64,000 bases of DNA from the human T2T-CHM13v2.0 reference genome, Homo sapiens. Both the position numbers and the translations under genes were made by a program. Where the stretch lies: the NCBI RefSeq assembly GCF_009914755.1, contig NC_060926.1. One strand, given 5' to 3'. The notes beneath the pieces were generated by a model that saw only the letters and a program-made list of their open reading frames with translations, was not told the DNA's origin and did not search any database. Below are positions 34,600 through 49,190 of the stretch, one piece after another; within the stretch, counting starts at the first letter, position 1; each line of letters opens with the position of its first letter.

Positions 34600-37500
34600 A
34601 AGTATCTACCAAAATATTAATATTGCTTTTCACCAGATGGAAAGATATAGAGTGGTTTCAATTTTCTTCCCTTTGTAATCTGCATTTTCTATACAATCTG
34701 TAACTGTTTTTATTACTTTTGTTGTACAAAGCAAACAAAAAGAGGGAAGGGACAACAGAATGTTATTTAAAGATATAGCAGAAGTTCTAAAACCTTATTC
34801 CTATTATGACTTGTCATTTTATCAGTGTATTTTGGCAGAAAATGCATAACTCTCAAAGCAAGAGCAGCTCTGGGCTAAGTGACCTTTGTTAGGAAGCCCC
34901 ACTTCCTCCCGTCATCCCCGGCGACAGCTACAGGAATCGTTGACCTGATGCCTCAGAGAAAATAATCAAGCTTTGAAGGGTTGGCCTCAAAACCTCAAAC
35001 TGATGATGAAACAGTCCACAGCCCAGCCTTCCCTGCCGCCTGTCACCCAGTATCCCCGGAGGCTGGCGTGGGATGGGACAGAGAACCACAAAGACGACCC
35101 TGCTCCTCTGGCCAGCCGGCTGCTCTTTTGTGCACCTAATTTATCCATGGAGGCAAATCTGATCCTAACTTAAGGTGGAGAGAAATTCTTGAAAATATTA
35201 AATATGGGCCAAAGCATTTCTTTTCCTGCGATTGGCTGAAAAGCTTAGTTTAAGTAACTTTGTAATTATTTTCACAAAGCACAGCGATTCCCACACAAAT
35301 CGCTTGTTTGCTGAAGACAGTCCATGCTTTTGTCATGAGTTATTAATATCTATCTTTTGAGAATTTGGGGTTTTAATTTTTGATCTTTTTGTGACATTAT
35401 CACGCAGGTCATTTTGAAACAGAATCTGCTATTCCAATGTTCTTACAACTGTGAACTAAAAAAGAGGTGTACCATTTTTAAATTATATTTTTCTCTAAAA
35501 AGGAAGAGATTATCAATCATCTCCACAGGCAGATGAGAAGGGGAAAGCCGGGTTTCTAAGAGCTCTGCCTTCAAATCCTCCAGCCCGCCCTCCCCCAACC
35601 CGAGCGTGTTCCTGCCAGATAGGAAAGCTATTTTGAATGTGAATCAGAGCCAGTCTCATTACCCACCAATTTTCTATAATTTTCAAATAATATTTCATCG
35701 TTTTAATTTTTTTTAAATGTAACATGGCTGCCAAGACCGACCACATTGACTTGCCTGACATTTTTCAAAGGAAGAGCTAGAGTAAAAAGAAAATAAATGT
35801 TCTTTTTTTTCTAATGAAATTGAATTGAAAGCAAAAATAATGGAAGTGGCTTTGCACAGGAGAAAACCCAGGCGCTGGAAAGCCCTAGGAGACTTTTATC
35901 AGAACTTATGGAAAGGGAAAAGTTAAATGACAGGAAGGATGATAAGAATAATCGTGGCCCCTCCGCCAGAACTCTGCACCCGGCTGAGTCCCCGTGCTTC
36001 TCCCATATTCTCTCACTGAGTGCTCGCAGCGACTCTGTAACACACTCGCACCGTCCTTGTTATCGGGCCCCTTTTACAAATGAGGGATGAAGAGAACAGC
36101 TGTTTCTACCAGAAAGAAAATCCCAAATGGAAAAATAGGACACGTCTTTGCTCGGCCCCAGTTTCAGATTTCCATCCATTCTCCAATGCAGTCCTCCTGC
36201 ACGTCCGCTCAACGCAGGCCGGGGCGCACTGTACTGAAATCGATTTAGATTTTCCCATCGCTGCTGCCCACCTCTGGCCCTGGAAATGTTCCTGTCCTGG
36301 GTGGGGTGGGGCAGCGGGGCCCAGGGAAAGCCCTGTGGGCTGAGCATATTCTAATTCCCAGGAAAAAGCTCCGACCACCCGTCAGCATGATGGGACTTGA
36401 GTAATGGGGTGTCAGAGCCAAAAGGGACCCCCAAGATGACCCGGTGGAACTCTCTGTCTCATTGAGAAAAACACGGAAGTTCAAGGAAAAAAAGTAACTT
36501 GCTAGAGTCACCAGAGAATCCAAGGCAGAGCCAAGAAGGGAGCCTTGGGGATGGGAGGGGCAGGAGGGAGGGTTGGGGCCTTATAGTCTGCATAGCCCAC
36601 CTCAGCCTCTTGCCTACATAGGATTCAATACATGCTCAGTGACTGTTGTCTTCCAGGTGGTCCGTGGCCTGTCCAGGACCATTAACTCCCACCTTGGGCC
36701 ACTGCCCCCTTCCCTCATGTACTCAAGAAAACTTAGAAAAAGATGGACTGGAGAGTTATTCCATATCACACAGCAAACGTGCCGAGACCAAAGAACTCCT
36801 AAATTCTGCCCCGACACCCACTTCATATGGCAAGGGGAATATTCCTTTGACACACACTTACTGAGCACCTGCTCTGGGCCAGACTGAGGGAGGTCATCAG
36901 ACAGACGAGACTTCTGCTCTCCTGTGGTCCTTCACCTAGTAGAGAGGAGAGAGCTGGGCAGAGCTGTGCCCAGCACTGCCACCTGCATCACGAGGGCATT
37001 TTCCAGTAGAGGGAAGATAGTACAGTTGACCCAGGGACAAGGGGGTTGAGGGTTTGGCAAGACCTTAGTTCAGCCAACCGCCATGAGGGAAGAGGGTGCC
37101 AGTGAGGGAAGAGGGTGAAGATGGAGGTGGGGGTGACAGGTATAAAGGGAAGGGGCACATCTCTAAGAGGTCAAAGCACAGGTATGATCAGACTGAGGGC
37201 AAAGGGACCCAGAAGGTTAGAGGCCTGTGGTCAAGAAGTGGGTTTCAGGATTTTCAGGGTGGTCTGCATGTGGTGATACACTCCAGCACTGTCCAGCCCC
37301 CCGTACTAGTGACCTCTCCCTGCTGGGGTGCTGAGAACCCCAGGAGCCGCCATAGGAGAGGGAAAGCCAGCAAAGCGGTCGATGGCTCCTCTGATCAACC
37401 GGAGCCTCACTTTCATCACTGTATTTTTTCTGGCTGTGCTAATTTCTTTAAACCTCCTACAGAGGTTCTTCTCTCAGTAACCTGTTTTGATTTTTCCCTT

Positions 37501-38849
37501 CACTCAGCCTTTGGATTACCTTAAGGATGTTCGTTCCTTTTTTGGGCAAAACAATTACTGTGCAAACAGACTCATTTTGTCTTGCCAGTTACCTTGAAGT
37601 TATCACTTCCACTTAAATAGAATCTGAGCTAAAAATAGGTGTACCGAAGTGGGTTTCCACCTGTCTCATCTTGCTTCCCGACACCTGCGGTCCTCTCCTT
37701 TTCAACGCAAAATAAAGCTGTGTGCGACACATCAACACCCACCAGCAAACGCAGGTCCATTTAGGCGAATGGACATCAGCGAACAGACACTTTTATCTTG
37801 CCTGTCTCCCCTTCATTTTTCAGAAAGCTAGGGAACAGAAGTATCAGAAATGCCAAGCTACTTTTTTGGCTATAGCTCTGAAGAAAGAAGGCTCTGAAAA
37901 GTGGTCGGCCTGTAACATAAAGATGTGGGCTGGATGTGCTGCCTTTTGAAATGTCAGGGTTTTTGTTGAATAGGCATTGAGTTGGATTGGAAAGGTCAAA
38001 GCTGACAGACTCAACTCATACTCAGAAAATCAGCTCACAGCTCCTTTTCTTCTCATCACCTCCCAAGTGGTAGGTTGCTAACGTCACCCTGGCTTTCGGC
38101 ACAGCAATTAATGGCTTATGAGCACAAGCCAAAACATAAAAAATAAACCAGATTAAGAAACTGCTCTGTAAAATGTAATAGCTGTTTCATGTCCTCCTCA
38201 AACCTAAAATGGTTCATGGTGACTAGAAGTCATGCCTTCATTAAAGAAAGTCTTCGTTTAGGCAAATAATCAGAGAAGGTATCAGGTCCTGCCAGGCCCC
38301 AAGCTCTTTTTCTTTTCCTCACAGATGAAATCACCTGATTCTTGATACAGGCTCAGTTTCAGCTCAGGCACTGGGGTCAACCAGCTGCTGTCTGATGGAT
38401 CTAGAAGCATCAGATTCGGACCAAACACGTGACTGAAGATGGGGTCTGCTCCATTCAATACACACCAGCCAGGGGCCTGCTCTGGGCCCGGCATGGTGCT
38501 TGTTATCGGGGGCGCTTAGACTAAAATAATACAGCCTCTGCTTTCCAGAATGTCTTCATAGGCCAAGGGAAACAGGCAAATAATCAAATAACTGCAGTGC
38601 AGGGAGGTGCAGGCTTTGACAGGGTGGCACAGGGTGCTTGGGGAACAGAGAATAGGAATGAGTCTTCCTTTGACTTTGAACCAAATCTCAGGAAATGGGG
38701 CTCCTGCCAGTTCTCTCCCATGGGGGTTCTGTATTCCAGCCCAGAAGCCGGTCTTATTTTGTTCTGCACACCTGGCTGTTCTCACATCTAGGTGACTGGC
38801 AGGTGCTGCCAACCTTCCCACTTTCCCCCTATCTCCCGGTGCTCTGCTC

Positions 38850-39027
38850 TGGGCACCCCTGGCTCACACCCTTGGCTACACACTGGAATCACCTGGGGCT
38901 TTTAAAACTCTGCTGCCCAGGCCACACCTTAGACCAATTAAATCACAATTCCGAGGGGTGGACTCAGGCAACTAGTTTTTAAAGCCTTTGTGGTGATGCC
39001 AACTTGCAGCCGAGACTGAGAACCACT
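38850..39027. mobile_element. MER5-family hAT DNA transposon
   Basis: cttggctacacactggaatcacctgggg...ggtgatgccaacttgcagccgagactgagaaccact. Confidence 0.8.
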
Positions 39028-39830
39028 CACGACCTGAGTGTCATCGCTCTGACCAACCCACTGCCATAAATACCCCCCAGCTCCTGATCCTGGGTCCACT
39101 GCCAGCTTCTGCCCACCTGAGAAGCCACACCCACCACCAGGTCCTAGGGCTTCCCACGCTGGCCCATCACCATGCCAGAGGCTCCCAGCACCCATTCTGA
39201 CAGCTGGAGGCATCAGCGAGATATTCACACTTGTCAAGAGCAGTGGAAGGAAGCTTCTATTACTGGTGCCTAATGAAAGTTTTTGGAGTCTGTCAAGCCT
39301 ATTTGCTTTGAATTTCTGCACAGATTCAACACCAAGAAGAAGCCCATGAGGGTGAACAGATTTGTTACACCAACAGCACCCGCCCCATGCATTCCTAGAA
39401 TTCTAGGTATCAGGGAATGCTCCAGCATCACGTCTCAGTGATGTGGAACCAGGCCGCATGAACCGAGAGCGAAGAATGCTGCTTCTTGTTCCCGAGTGCC
39501 TGTAAAGGGCTCCTGCTCTAGGGATTCCCATGCAGTATTTCAATTTTCATTCATCTTAGCCCCATTTTACATGTGGAAAAAAAACTGAGGCCCAAAGAGA
39601 ATAAATGAATGGTGAAGTTCATCCAACTGGCAAGTGAAGAGACCAAGGTTTGAATCCAGGCAGGACATCAAAACTTGAGTTCCTCCTACGACATCTACTT
39701 AAAGCCAGCAGTGTCCACTTCAGTTCAAAGAGAAAAGACTCTCGTCCTCAAGTTAGAGGTAGGTCGCCGGGGCAACCCCGGTTCCCTGAGCACCTCCTGG
39801 GTGCCAGGCTCTGTCCCCAAGGTGCCTTAG

Positions 39831-40514
<684 letters not shown>

Positions 40515-43401
40515 ATTTTTGTTGTTTTTCTCATTGGAATAATGTACTTTTTTTTTTTTAAGCCAGTACCCAATTATGGACAAAATAATATGAAAGACAA
40601 ATGTAGAGCCTTGTTTGCATTTCCCGGTAGATGCCGGGTGAGGTGCAGTGCAGTGATTATTTCACAGTCATTATTGGCCTTAGGAGATTTTTCAGCCAAA
40701 TAATTATTTTGCCAATAAAGGACCAAATGCGTTGCTTTTATCTTCACACTTTAATGTCTTCTGACCAAAATGAAACCGCCCCAAACAACACTGGGGTTTT
40801 CAGAAAGGGCCACTGGAAGGGATCTATGGCTCAGGGGTACAAACATCTCAGAGACTTGGCTTGATTTCAAATCCCATGATTTCTCAACAGTGTGGGCTCC
40901 TCACACAGGAGTCCTCTTAAAAATAGGCCGATGCAGCCTGCACTGCGCTCCGGCTCCTGCACCCTCTGCACTTTGCAGCGGGGGCTCAGCCAACAGCCCC
41001 CAGCCTGCAGCCCTCTCCCACCTCCCTGCCCTGTCCCCCTGCCCTTCCGCTGAGCAGGCGCTGTGTTCTCGCCTCCCCGAGCTCCTCCATCCTGCTTCCC
41101 ACTACGCTCTGCACGGATGCTCCACGCCAGCTGGTGGCTTAGATGTTTTCTCGTTTCAAGACAGGGAGACAGACGGAGTGATCTCTCGAGGACCCTTCCA
41201 GCTCTGTGAGTCTAGGAATCAGGGGAAATGACAGTGGCCTCTCTTCCGGGAGACGAATCCAGCTGGAGCCATCTGGTCCTGGCTCGGCACATCCCTCCCT
41301 CCCTCCACCCCAGGCTTCGGAGGAAGACGCAGAGCTCAGGCTGGGCGACTTCCCCCAACAGCTACTTTTCTGAGCTCTGCTCTTGGACCGAAAAAGTGTT
41401 GTGCTTTTTGGCTCTGCAACAGAGAAGCCCCCTTTGAAAGGCAGAGCGCGTCAGCCCTGGGAAGTTATCTGCTCAGCCTGGCGACATGAAGCGCTTCTCC
41501 AAGGCCACACTGTTCTGGTGGCTGACGGGAGGACAGACACACAGCCACACGGTCCCCAAGTCAGGGACAGCGCCAGGCATTCTGGAGGGGGAGAGGGGTC
41601 ACAGGCTCTACTCATCCTGGCTGGCCAGCCCTGGAGATAACGCCCCCGGTGGGCTGGTGGCTGTGTCTAGGTGCCGCTGCTAGAGCGCCCTGGAAATCTC
41701 AAAGACCAGACAAGGACTCGGTTCTCACTGTTCTCCTGCCCAGCTGTTTGTTACAGAGAGCTAAGACTCGGGGTGGCAGCCATAGGGCTCACTGGAAGAA
41801 AGGGCTACAAGCTTATCCAGCCATGAGACAGTGACTCCCCTGCCCGGATACATGTGGTCAAAGACTGAGGAAGCCCTTGTCACTGGCCCCAAATCCCTCC
41901 ATGACTTTTGCCCAACACCATGAAGGTGGAAGCCTCCAGCCCCATATTTGAGGCACCCCAACATCTGGCCTTCCTGTGTTTCTTTGTTTCCTACCCATAC
42001 AGTGCCCTTGAAGCATTAGTCCAACTGTTTGCTTCTGAGAGGCAGGTTGGCCCCAGCACTGTTCCTTTATTTTTGTCTCAGGCTCACCTTCTTCCAAACA
42101 TTCCCCAGAACACTCCTTCTCACCTGGAGTGTCCATGCCACCCCGTCCCCTCTGCGTGAGTGTTCATTTCACACGGCCTTCAAGGCCTAACCCAAAGACA
42201 CCTGCCTCCTTCTCAGTGCCCAGTCCCCTCGGCTGGCAGGAACCCTGTGTCTGAACCCTGTCTCTTTACCTTTCTTTCCCTTGGAGACAAGGTGTTACAG
42301 TCATGTGTGTCTCCATCTTACGCACTGTAGACTGTTAGCTTGTGGAGGGCAGAATCAATGTCTAAATAGCCTGTGTATTTCGTGAATGACGTCAATGATG
42401 AGGGATTATTCACTGGGTAAGGTGGGAAGGAGTAAAGTCAAGTTTTCTGCAGGTTCCTTTCAAGATTCCAGCCTAAATTAAACTTTCAAATTCTGAAGCA
42501 CCTCCAGGTTTTACCTCTAATCATGCATTTCCCAAAGTATTTTCTAGAGAACACTATGTCAAGAACTCCTGGAGTGTCTGAGAAATCCTGCAGATAAGAA
42601 ACCCATTTATTTCATGTAGTCCAGCACTGCCCAAACTTGCCAGAGCACAAGGCTTATTTCAAGTAATGACCATTAACATCTGGAAGAGTTTAAAGAGAGT
42701 ACACAGGGTAAAACTGCTCTAACGGAGAAGACTGGTGGAGATCCCTTCCAGAGTGTAGCAGACCTCCGTTTTTGAAAACAATCCTTTATTCATTGGAACC
42801 CCAGAGGAATAAGACCAGAGAATGGAGGCAGGAAGCTATTGGACAAAGCCACTGCAGCCCTTCATCTCTAAGGTCTTCCAGAACAGTGGGCAACCACCCC
42901 TGCCCACTCCCACTTTTTCTTCCTTTGGGATTGGGAGGCCTTTTAAAGAGATAGAGACCAAGAGGCTAAGGACCCAGAGTAAGAAATAGATTTACACCGC
43001 GACTCAGTACACATGTCTGAGGCCATGGAAATATCTGAATTAAAAGTTGCAGAAAGCAATACTTAGCCTTGCTACATGCAATATAGTCAACCTGATATGT
43101 TCAATCTAATTCCATTTCATTTTTTTCTTAAATCCTGGCTGTGATCCACTGAATGGAATTCATAAGCCTCTGATGCGTGTCAAAGCAGGCCTGTGTCTGA
43201 GGGACTGGAAGCAGCCAGCAGGGGACTGGATGGGGAGCGCCTTCTGAAGGGGCAGCTCCTTCTCACACTGACGGCTTCCTGTGAGGAAAGGCAGCCTGTC
43301 ACCCACAGAGCCTCGGATTCTTCCAGAGAATCTGGAAAGCAGAATATGCATGTGAAAGGCCTTGGTTTTAAATGTCAGCAAATAATATTTTCATATATGT
43401 A

Positions 43402-43730
43402 GGCCGGGCATGGTGTCTCACGCCTGTAATCCCAGCACTTTGGGAGGCTGAGGCAGGCAGATCACGAGGTCAGGAGTTTGAGACCAGCCTGGCCAACATA
43501 GTGAAACCCCGTCTCTACTAAAAATACAAAAAAATCAGCCAGGTGTGGTGGTGGGTGCCTGCAATACTAGCTACTTGGGAGCTGAGGCAGGAGAATCTCT
43601 TGAACCTGAGAGGCAGAGGTTGCAGTGAGCCGAGATCACGCCGCTGTACTGCAGCCCAGGTCACAGTGCGAGACTATTTTCTGAGACTCCATCTCAAAAA
43701 ATAAAAATTGAAATTAAAAATAAAATAAAA
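43402..43730 (+). mobile_element. Alu (AluS-type)
   Basis: Full dimer with A-rich tail; atatgta direct repeats on both flanks. Confidence 0.95.
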
Positions 43731-44439
43731 TATGTAAAGTACCATGAAGGCAACTTCATAGACAAAGGCCGCGTCCAGAACAGAAGTGATGTTTTAGAGG
43801 CTGCAGAGCCCATGATGGGTGAGGGGAGCCAGGCGGGGACAGAAGCTGGGACTGTGGTGGGATGGCACATGGGCTGGACTGAGGTCAAGGCAATGAGACA
43901 GCTGGGGACTGGACAGACCCCACAGCCACCAAGGAGGCAGAATCCACACATCCTAAATACTGACGAGATGTGGGGTCCTAGGAGGAAGGGAGAAAAGCCA
44001 CAGGGCAGTGGTGGGCTAGGAGCCCCAGGAGGAGAGGGCGTGGGCACTGGGGTTTGTCTCCAGCAGGGCCAGCTGGAAGGCACGCAGCAGATCACAAGGG
44101 GGCCTGGGCTGTGGGGAGATGACCCGCAACTCCCCCAGGTAGCACCGATGGTCATGGGAGAAGGATGTCTGCCCAGCCCATGCTTTTTGAGATTTCTGCC
44201 AAAAGAGGGAAGACAAGATTGGGAGTTGGCATCCACACTCACTGAGCCCTTGTCAGGGTCCAACATGAGCAGTTTCAAAGAATTGTCTTATCTACAGAGA
44301 CCTTAATCTCATCACGCACTTGTCTGCCAGGATAATGAACTTTCCCCTTAGAGTTCTAGAAAATTCCTCAGGAAATGGAGAGAGTGACTACGTCAGGCAG
44401 CAAGCAAGTGGAGAAGGGAAAGGAGCTCACACTTACTGA

Positions 44440-44960
44440 GCAACCACAATGTTCCAGGACCAGTTGGAATGCAACTGGAACAAGAGGAAATGTGACCAAG
44501 AGTGGCTAACAATTAAGAGTCTCTCTTCCTTGTGTAACTTGGGGGTAGGTTATCCCAGGCCAATGGCTGCTCAACGAAGCCATGAGGGTTCCAGCCTCTG
44601 TATCTCTCTTTGTCCTCTACCATCCTTCCACTGAGACTATTGCCCTCCTACTCACAAGATAGCTGCTGCACTTCCAGACATCTGTTTTCCATGTAGGAAG
44701 AAGGCAGAGGGCAAAATCCCTTCTTCTTTCCAAGAGTGAAAGCCTTCCCAAGTAGATCTCCGCTTACGTCCTGTTGGCCACAACAGGGTCCTATGGCCAC
44801 TCTATGGCAGGTGTCTAGAAAAATCAAGTATTTAGCTTTCCAGGCTCTATAGAAGAATAAAAAAGAAAAGAAAAAAGAAATAATAAAAAAAAAGAAGAAA
44901 AGAAAAAAGACCCAGGAAGTTGGGAGGAGCTTGTGTGTGGCAGGACCACAGTGTCTGTTG
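44440..44960. mobile_element. Old MLT1 (J/K/L-like) MaLR LTR
   Basis: cacaagatagctgctgcacttccagacatc and cttacgtcctgttggccacaacagggtcctatggccactc motifs. Confidence 0.6.
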
Positions 44961-45605
44961 CAGACCCTTGATAAAGAGACTGGGGGCTAAGCCAGGGGTT
45001 TTCACTTCATCCTATGTATTCCAGAGAGTAGAGGACGGACCATTGCTGATTATCAGCATGATCAACAAAATGTGCTGAAGTTGAGGGACCAGGGAGAGAG
45101 GCTTCCAAGATGACTCTTAGATTCCTGATTTGGGAAACTTTATGAATGATCTTAACACTGGCCTCACTTGGGGCTGAGGGGAACAAGCTGCAGAAGGAAA
45201 CCAAGCACTCAGCTGTAGACATCTTGAGCCCAAGGGCCCCAGAAAACAGATGCAGGGTCCCAGCAGGCAGGTGAATCTGGAGCCCCACAGAAAAGTCTAG
45301 GAGGAACACGCTGGAGCCAGCTAATAACTCTCTTCTGATTGGTTGACAAGTCAGGAGCAATAAATCTTTTCCAAGTTTTCCAGTTAGAAATCAGTGATGC
45401 ACCTACAGGGACCAATCAGGACACAGCAGCTCCTGGGAGTGGGGCTGACCAGCCCCTGCTCACCCCAGGCAGCCCTGTCCCTGCCTTCAGTTCCCTTCTT
45501 GGCCTGCTGTGGACACCTCTGATCTATGGTCTCGAAAGTGGAGGTCATACAGAGGTTGTACAAGACACCCCATTGAGGAGCAAAATGAAAATATTAAAAT
45601 CTTAG

Positions 45606-46043
45606 TGTATTAATTGCCTACTGCTGTCATAATACATGCCCACAAACAAAATGGCTTAAAACAACAGAAATTTCTTGTCTCACCATTCTGGAGACTAGAA
45701 GTCCAAGATCAAGGTGTGAGCAGGCCATGCTCTCACTGAAGGCTCTAGGGGAGGGCCTTCCATGCCTCTCTCCTAGTTTCTGGGGCCGCCAGCCATTCTT
45801 GGTGCCTTGACTTGTAGCTGCATCACTCTGGTCTCTGCCTCTGGTGTCACCTGGCATTCTCCCTGCGTGTCTCAGTCTCTTATTATCAGGATGCGAGTCA
45901 TATTGGACTAAGGGTCCACCCTCCTCCAGGGCAACCTCATCTTAAGGAATTATACCTCCAAAGATCCTGTTTCCAAATAAGGTCACATTCTGAGCTTCAA
46001 GAGAGGACATGAATTTTGGGGGCACACTTTCCAAATTAGTACA
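45606..46043 (-). mobile_element. MLT1B/C-like MaLR LTR
   Basis: ggcttaaaacaacagaaattt...ttctggagactagaagtccaagatcaaggtg...tttccaaataaggtcacattctgag. Confidence 0.88.
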
Positions 46044-47372
46044 TTCATATTTTATTTTTACTTAATCTATTTTTAACTTCTATTTTTGTACAGAATGTGT
46101 TACTAAAGTAGTCCTGGAATATGTACGTTTCAATACATAACTACTGCATATATTGGCAATGCATACTCAATTTTTACTGACAGCAGTAACAACTGGAGAG
46201 GGTGAAGACCATTTGTCCCTGTGACAATCGTCCACATGAAGAAACTAAGGTGGCTCTTGGGTCAGACCAAACTGATCGGGGAATCTGGAGGCAGGGGATG
46301 AACCAGATAATTTCCAGCCCTTCTTGGTAGCTCTTCGTAAAGAGAAAAAAAAATAAAGCTCTGATTCTTCCCATGGTTCAAGGAGCTGCATCCCTCCAGA
46401 CCCACTGCAGAAACAAGGAATCTTTTGGGCATCAAAAAACTGCTTGATATTTTGCTAAATGCTAGGGAGGCATCGTCTGGCCAATGCATCTGTTGATATG
46501 TTCTGTTATTTGAAAGCAAACAAGAGAACTAAAACAAAACCCAGAAAGCCATCTTGTTGATGGGCATCCTTCAGAGGCATCTCCAGGCTCACATGTTGAT
46601 CGACACACATCTGCCTCTTTGCAGCTGCAGTGCTTCAGGAGAAAGGTTAATTCTAACAAAATTGAGAGGTTGTGCTCCCAGAACCCACACAGAGCTGGGT
46701 GGGCCCTTCTCCCCTTCTGACCTCCCCTCTGGGAAAAGTGCTCTCTCACCAAATCCCCCCCTCACTTTCATATTATCAGATGGGTTGCCTTGGGTACAGC
46801 AGACACTGTGGTGGCAGGGTGGGTGTGGGTCAAGGCACAGCTCCGGCTGCAGAGGGAATAAAGGCAGGCCTGGCCCAAACTAGGAGACAAATCTTACATA
46901 TTTCGTTTCCAGAACATCTTGCCCAGAGGTGAGGTTGAACTTTTCTGTTTCAGGCCCTGTCCTCTCTCCCTTAAGAGAGACATCTTCCTCTCTCCTCACA
47001 GAGCCTTCCTTCCTGCTGAAGGCCCAGTCCTGGTAAGTGCAGCTGGCTTAAGCTCCTTGGTCCATCTGTCCAGCCCAGAAGTCTCCTGGCTCTCAGGGGA
47101 GCAAGCCTCCAGGCTCAACTAAGCTGTGTCTCCCTGCCCGTCGCTGCCCGGGGTCCTTCTCCTTTGTTTCCTGAGATCTCTTCTTGCTATACTGTACCAG
47201 TCAACTTGGCAGCACACTGTATTTTATGAATATGAGAAAAAAATTCCAATAAAGGCTTTTAAAAAAGAAGTGATGGCCACACTTCTGTATTTGTGGGGCG
47301 GAGCAGGGTTCCTATGGGAGGCAGATCACTCCTGCTGGAGAAAACATCTGACACCTGGGTTGGAACAGGCAG

Positions 47373-47741
47373 GGATATGGTTTGGCTTTGTGTCCCCACC
47401 CAAATCTCATCTCAAATGTAATCCCCATGTGTTAAGGGAGGAACCTGGTGGGAAGTGACTGGATCATGGGGACGGTTTCCCCCGTGCTGTTCTCATGATA
47501 GTGAGTGAGTTCTCACGAGAGCTGATGGTTTTAAAAGTGTCTGGCAGTTCCCCCTTCATGCTCTGTTTTTCCTGCCGCCATGTAAGACATGCTTTGCTTC
47601 CCCTTCACCTTCAGCCATGAGCGTAAGTGTCCTGAGGCCTCCACAGCCATGTGGAACTGTGAGTCAATTAAACCTTTCTTCTTTATAAATTACCCAGTCT
47701 CAGATAGTATCTTTACAGCAGTGTGAAAACAGGCTGATACA
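47373..47741 (+). mobile_element. MSTA/THE1D-like MaLR solo LTR
   Basis: gatatggtttggctttgtgtccccacccaaatctc...aggctgataca; perfect TSD GGCAG (47368-47372 and 47742-47746). Confidence 0.93.
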
Positions 47742-48789
47742 GGCAGCACCTGGGAGGAGCCCCATGCCTGAGGAGGAAGGTAGGGAGCAGAGCACTAAAT
47801 CATTCTGCAGGATAAAGTATCAGGAATTTGGGGATCTCCACTGTTGGCTTCTTAGTGACCAGGGAAGAGGGTCAAGGTCTGAATAAGCAATTTGCAGGGA
47901 AAGAGAGGCCTAGAAACATAGATGAGAAGCCAGAGTCTAAGGGGGGACCCAGACCAGTGAGAAGTTCCCCTTATGAGGGGAGACCCACCCCTTTGTAGAG
48001 ACAGAGATAGTTAATATTCTACTTGAGGTTCTAAATACCACCCTTCCCCCCATCTTGAGTGGCATCTTGTTTAAACAGATGGTAGCACTGACACGGTGAA
48101 GGAGAGAGGGTGCTATTCATCTCCTGGGCAGGGGGTGAAGGCAGAGAGGGCCCAGCAGCCCCAGGAGGCAGGTGGGCAAATTGAAGACTGAGAATTTAGT
48201 GGGAGCAGGAATGTGAAAGAAGAGATGACCCAGGAATCCTTGGACACTGGGAGAAGGCCCTGGGCTGGATAAGGGTTTGGGCCATTTTATTTGAATGTTT
48301 CATATAGAAAAACCCCATATGGATGGAGGCCTTGAGCAGATCTGAGTTCCTAAACATAGTCATTTCCCCAAGGCTGAAGCTGCATCCCACCGGACTCTTA
48401 CTGAGTGTCATGGGTCCTGAATTAAGCTCAGCCAGCCACGTGTGCGAGAGGGACCTGCAGACACTGGCAGGGTGAAGCTGGGGCTCAGCCTCTCACAGGC
48501 TGTGCAACAGGAGCATGGGCTAGACCCACTCCTCCAACCCTGCCTGTGCCTCCAGGGTCAGGACCAGCTGGGAGGGAAGAGGGCAGAGCCAGTCCAAGTT
48601 CCTTCCTACTCAGTGAGGCTCTCTCCTTCTCCGTCTGCCCAGGCATGCCCTCTGCTACCCACTGGCTTCCCCAGTGATGACACTGTCACTCCTCATCCCA
48701 CCACAGCCACTGTGTTCTTCTCCTCCCAAAAGAAGAGGAAGCACCTTGTTATAGCCTCCCTGGGGGCAGAAGGCTGGGCACCCTGGTCC

Positions 48790-49190
48790 TTGGCCTTTGC
48801 CAGTGTGGGAAAAGGCAGGCCAGTGGTTTTCTGTAGCGTTTGGCTGGAAAAGAGTGATTGTTTTCCTGAAGTTTCTGTCTTGATGGGCTGCCCTGGTCCT
48901 TCAGCTGGAGGGAGCAGGCTTTTGTTCAGGGTTTTATCATCTGTGCCCATTGGGATTTTCAGCTCTTCTGCTCAAAATCTGGGATACATGAGGCATCAAG
49001 AAAACCCAGGGAACTCACCTTCGTGTCGTTCCTTGGGTTCTGAAATTTCTAAACAGTATGCCTTCTTTCCACCTTCCAGAGTCTCCTTATGTTTGTTTTT
49101 TATATGACGTCCAGGATTTTTAGCTCACTTAGTGACTTAGTGGGAAGAATAGGGAAAAATGTGTCTACTCCATCTTTCTGGAAGCAAGAC
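48790..49190 (-). mobile_element. L1MC4/5-like fragment
   Basis: aaaacccagggaactcacc...ccaccttccagagtctccttatgtttgtttt...gaatagggaaaaatgtgtctactccatctt matches a recalled L1MC consensus; strand tentative. Confidence 0.65.

Noticed and set aside
42387-42394. Full CRE palindrome TGACGTCA
   Set aside because: An isolated 8-mer without promoter context; close to chance expectation.
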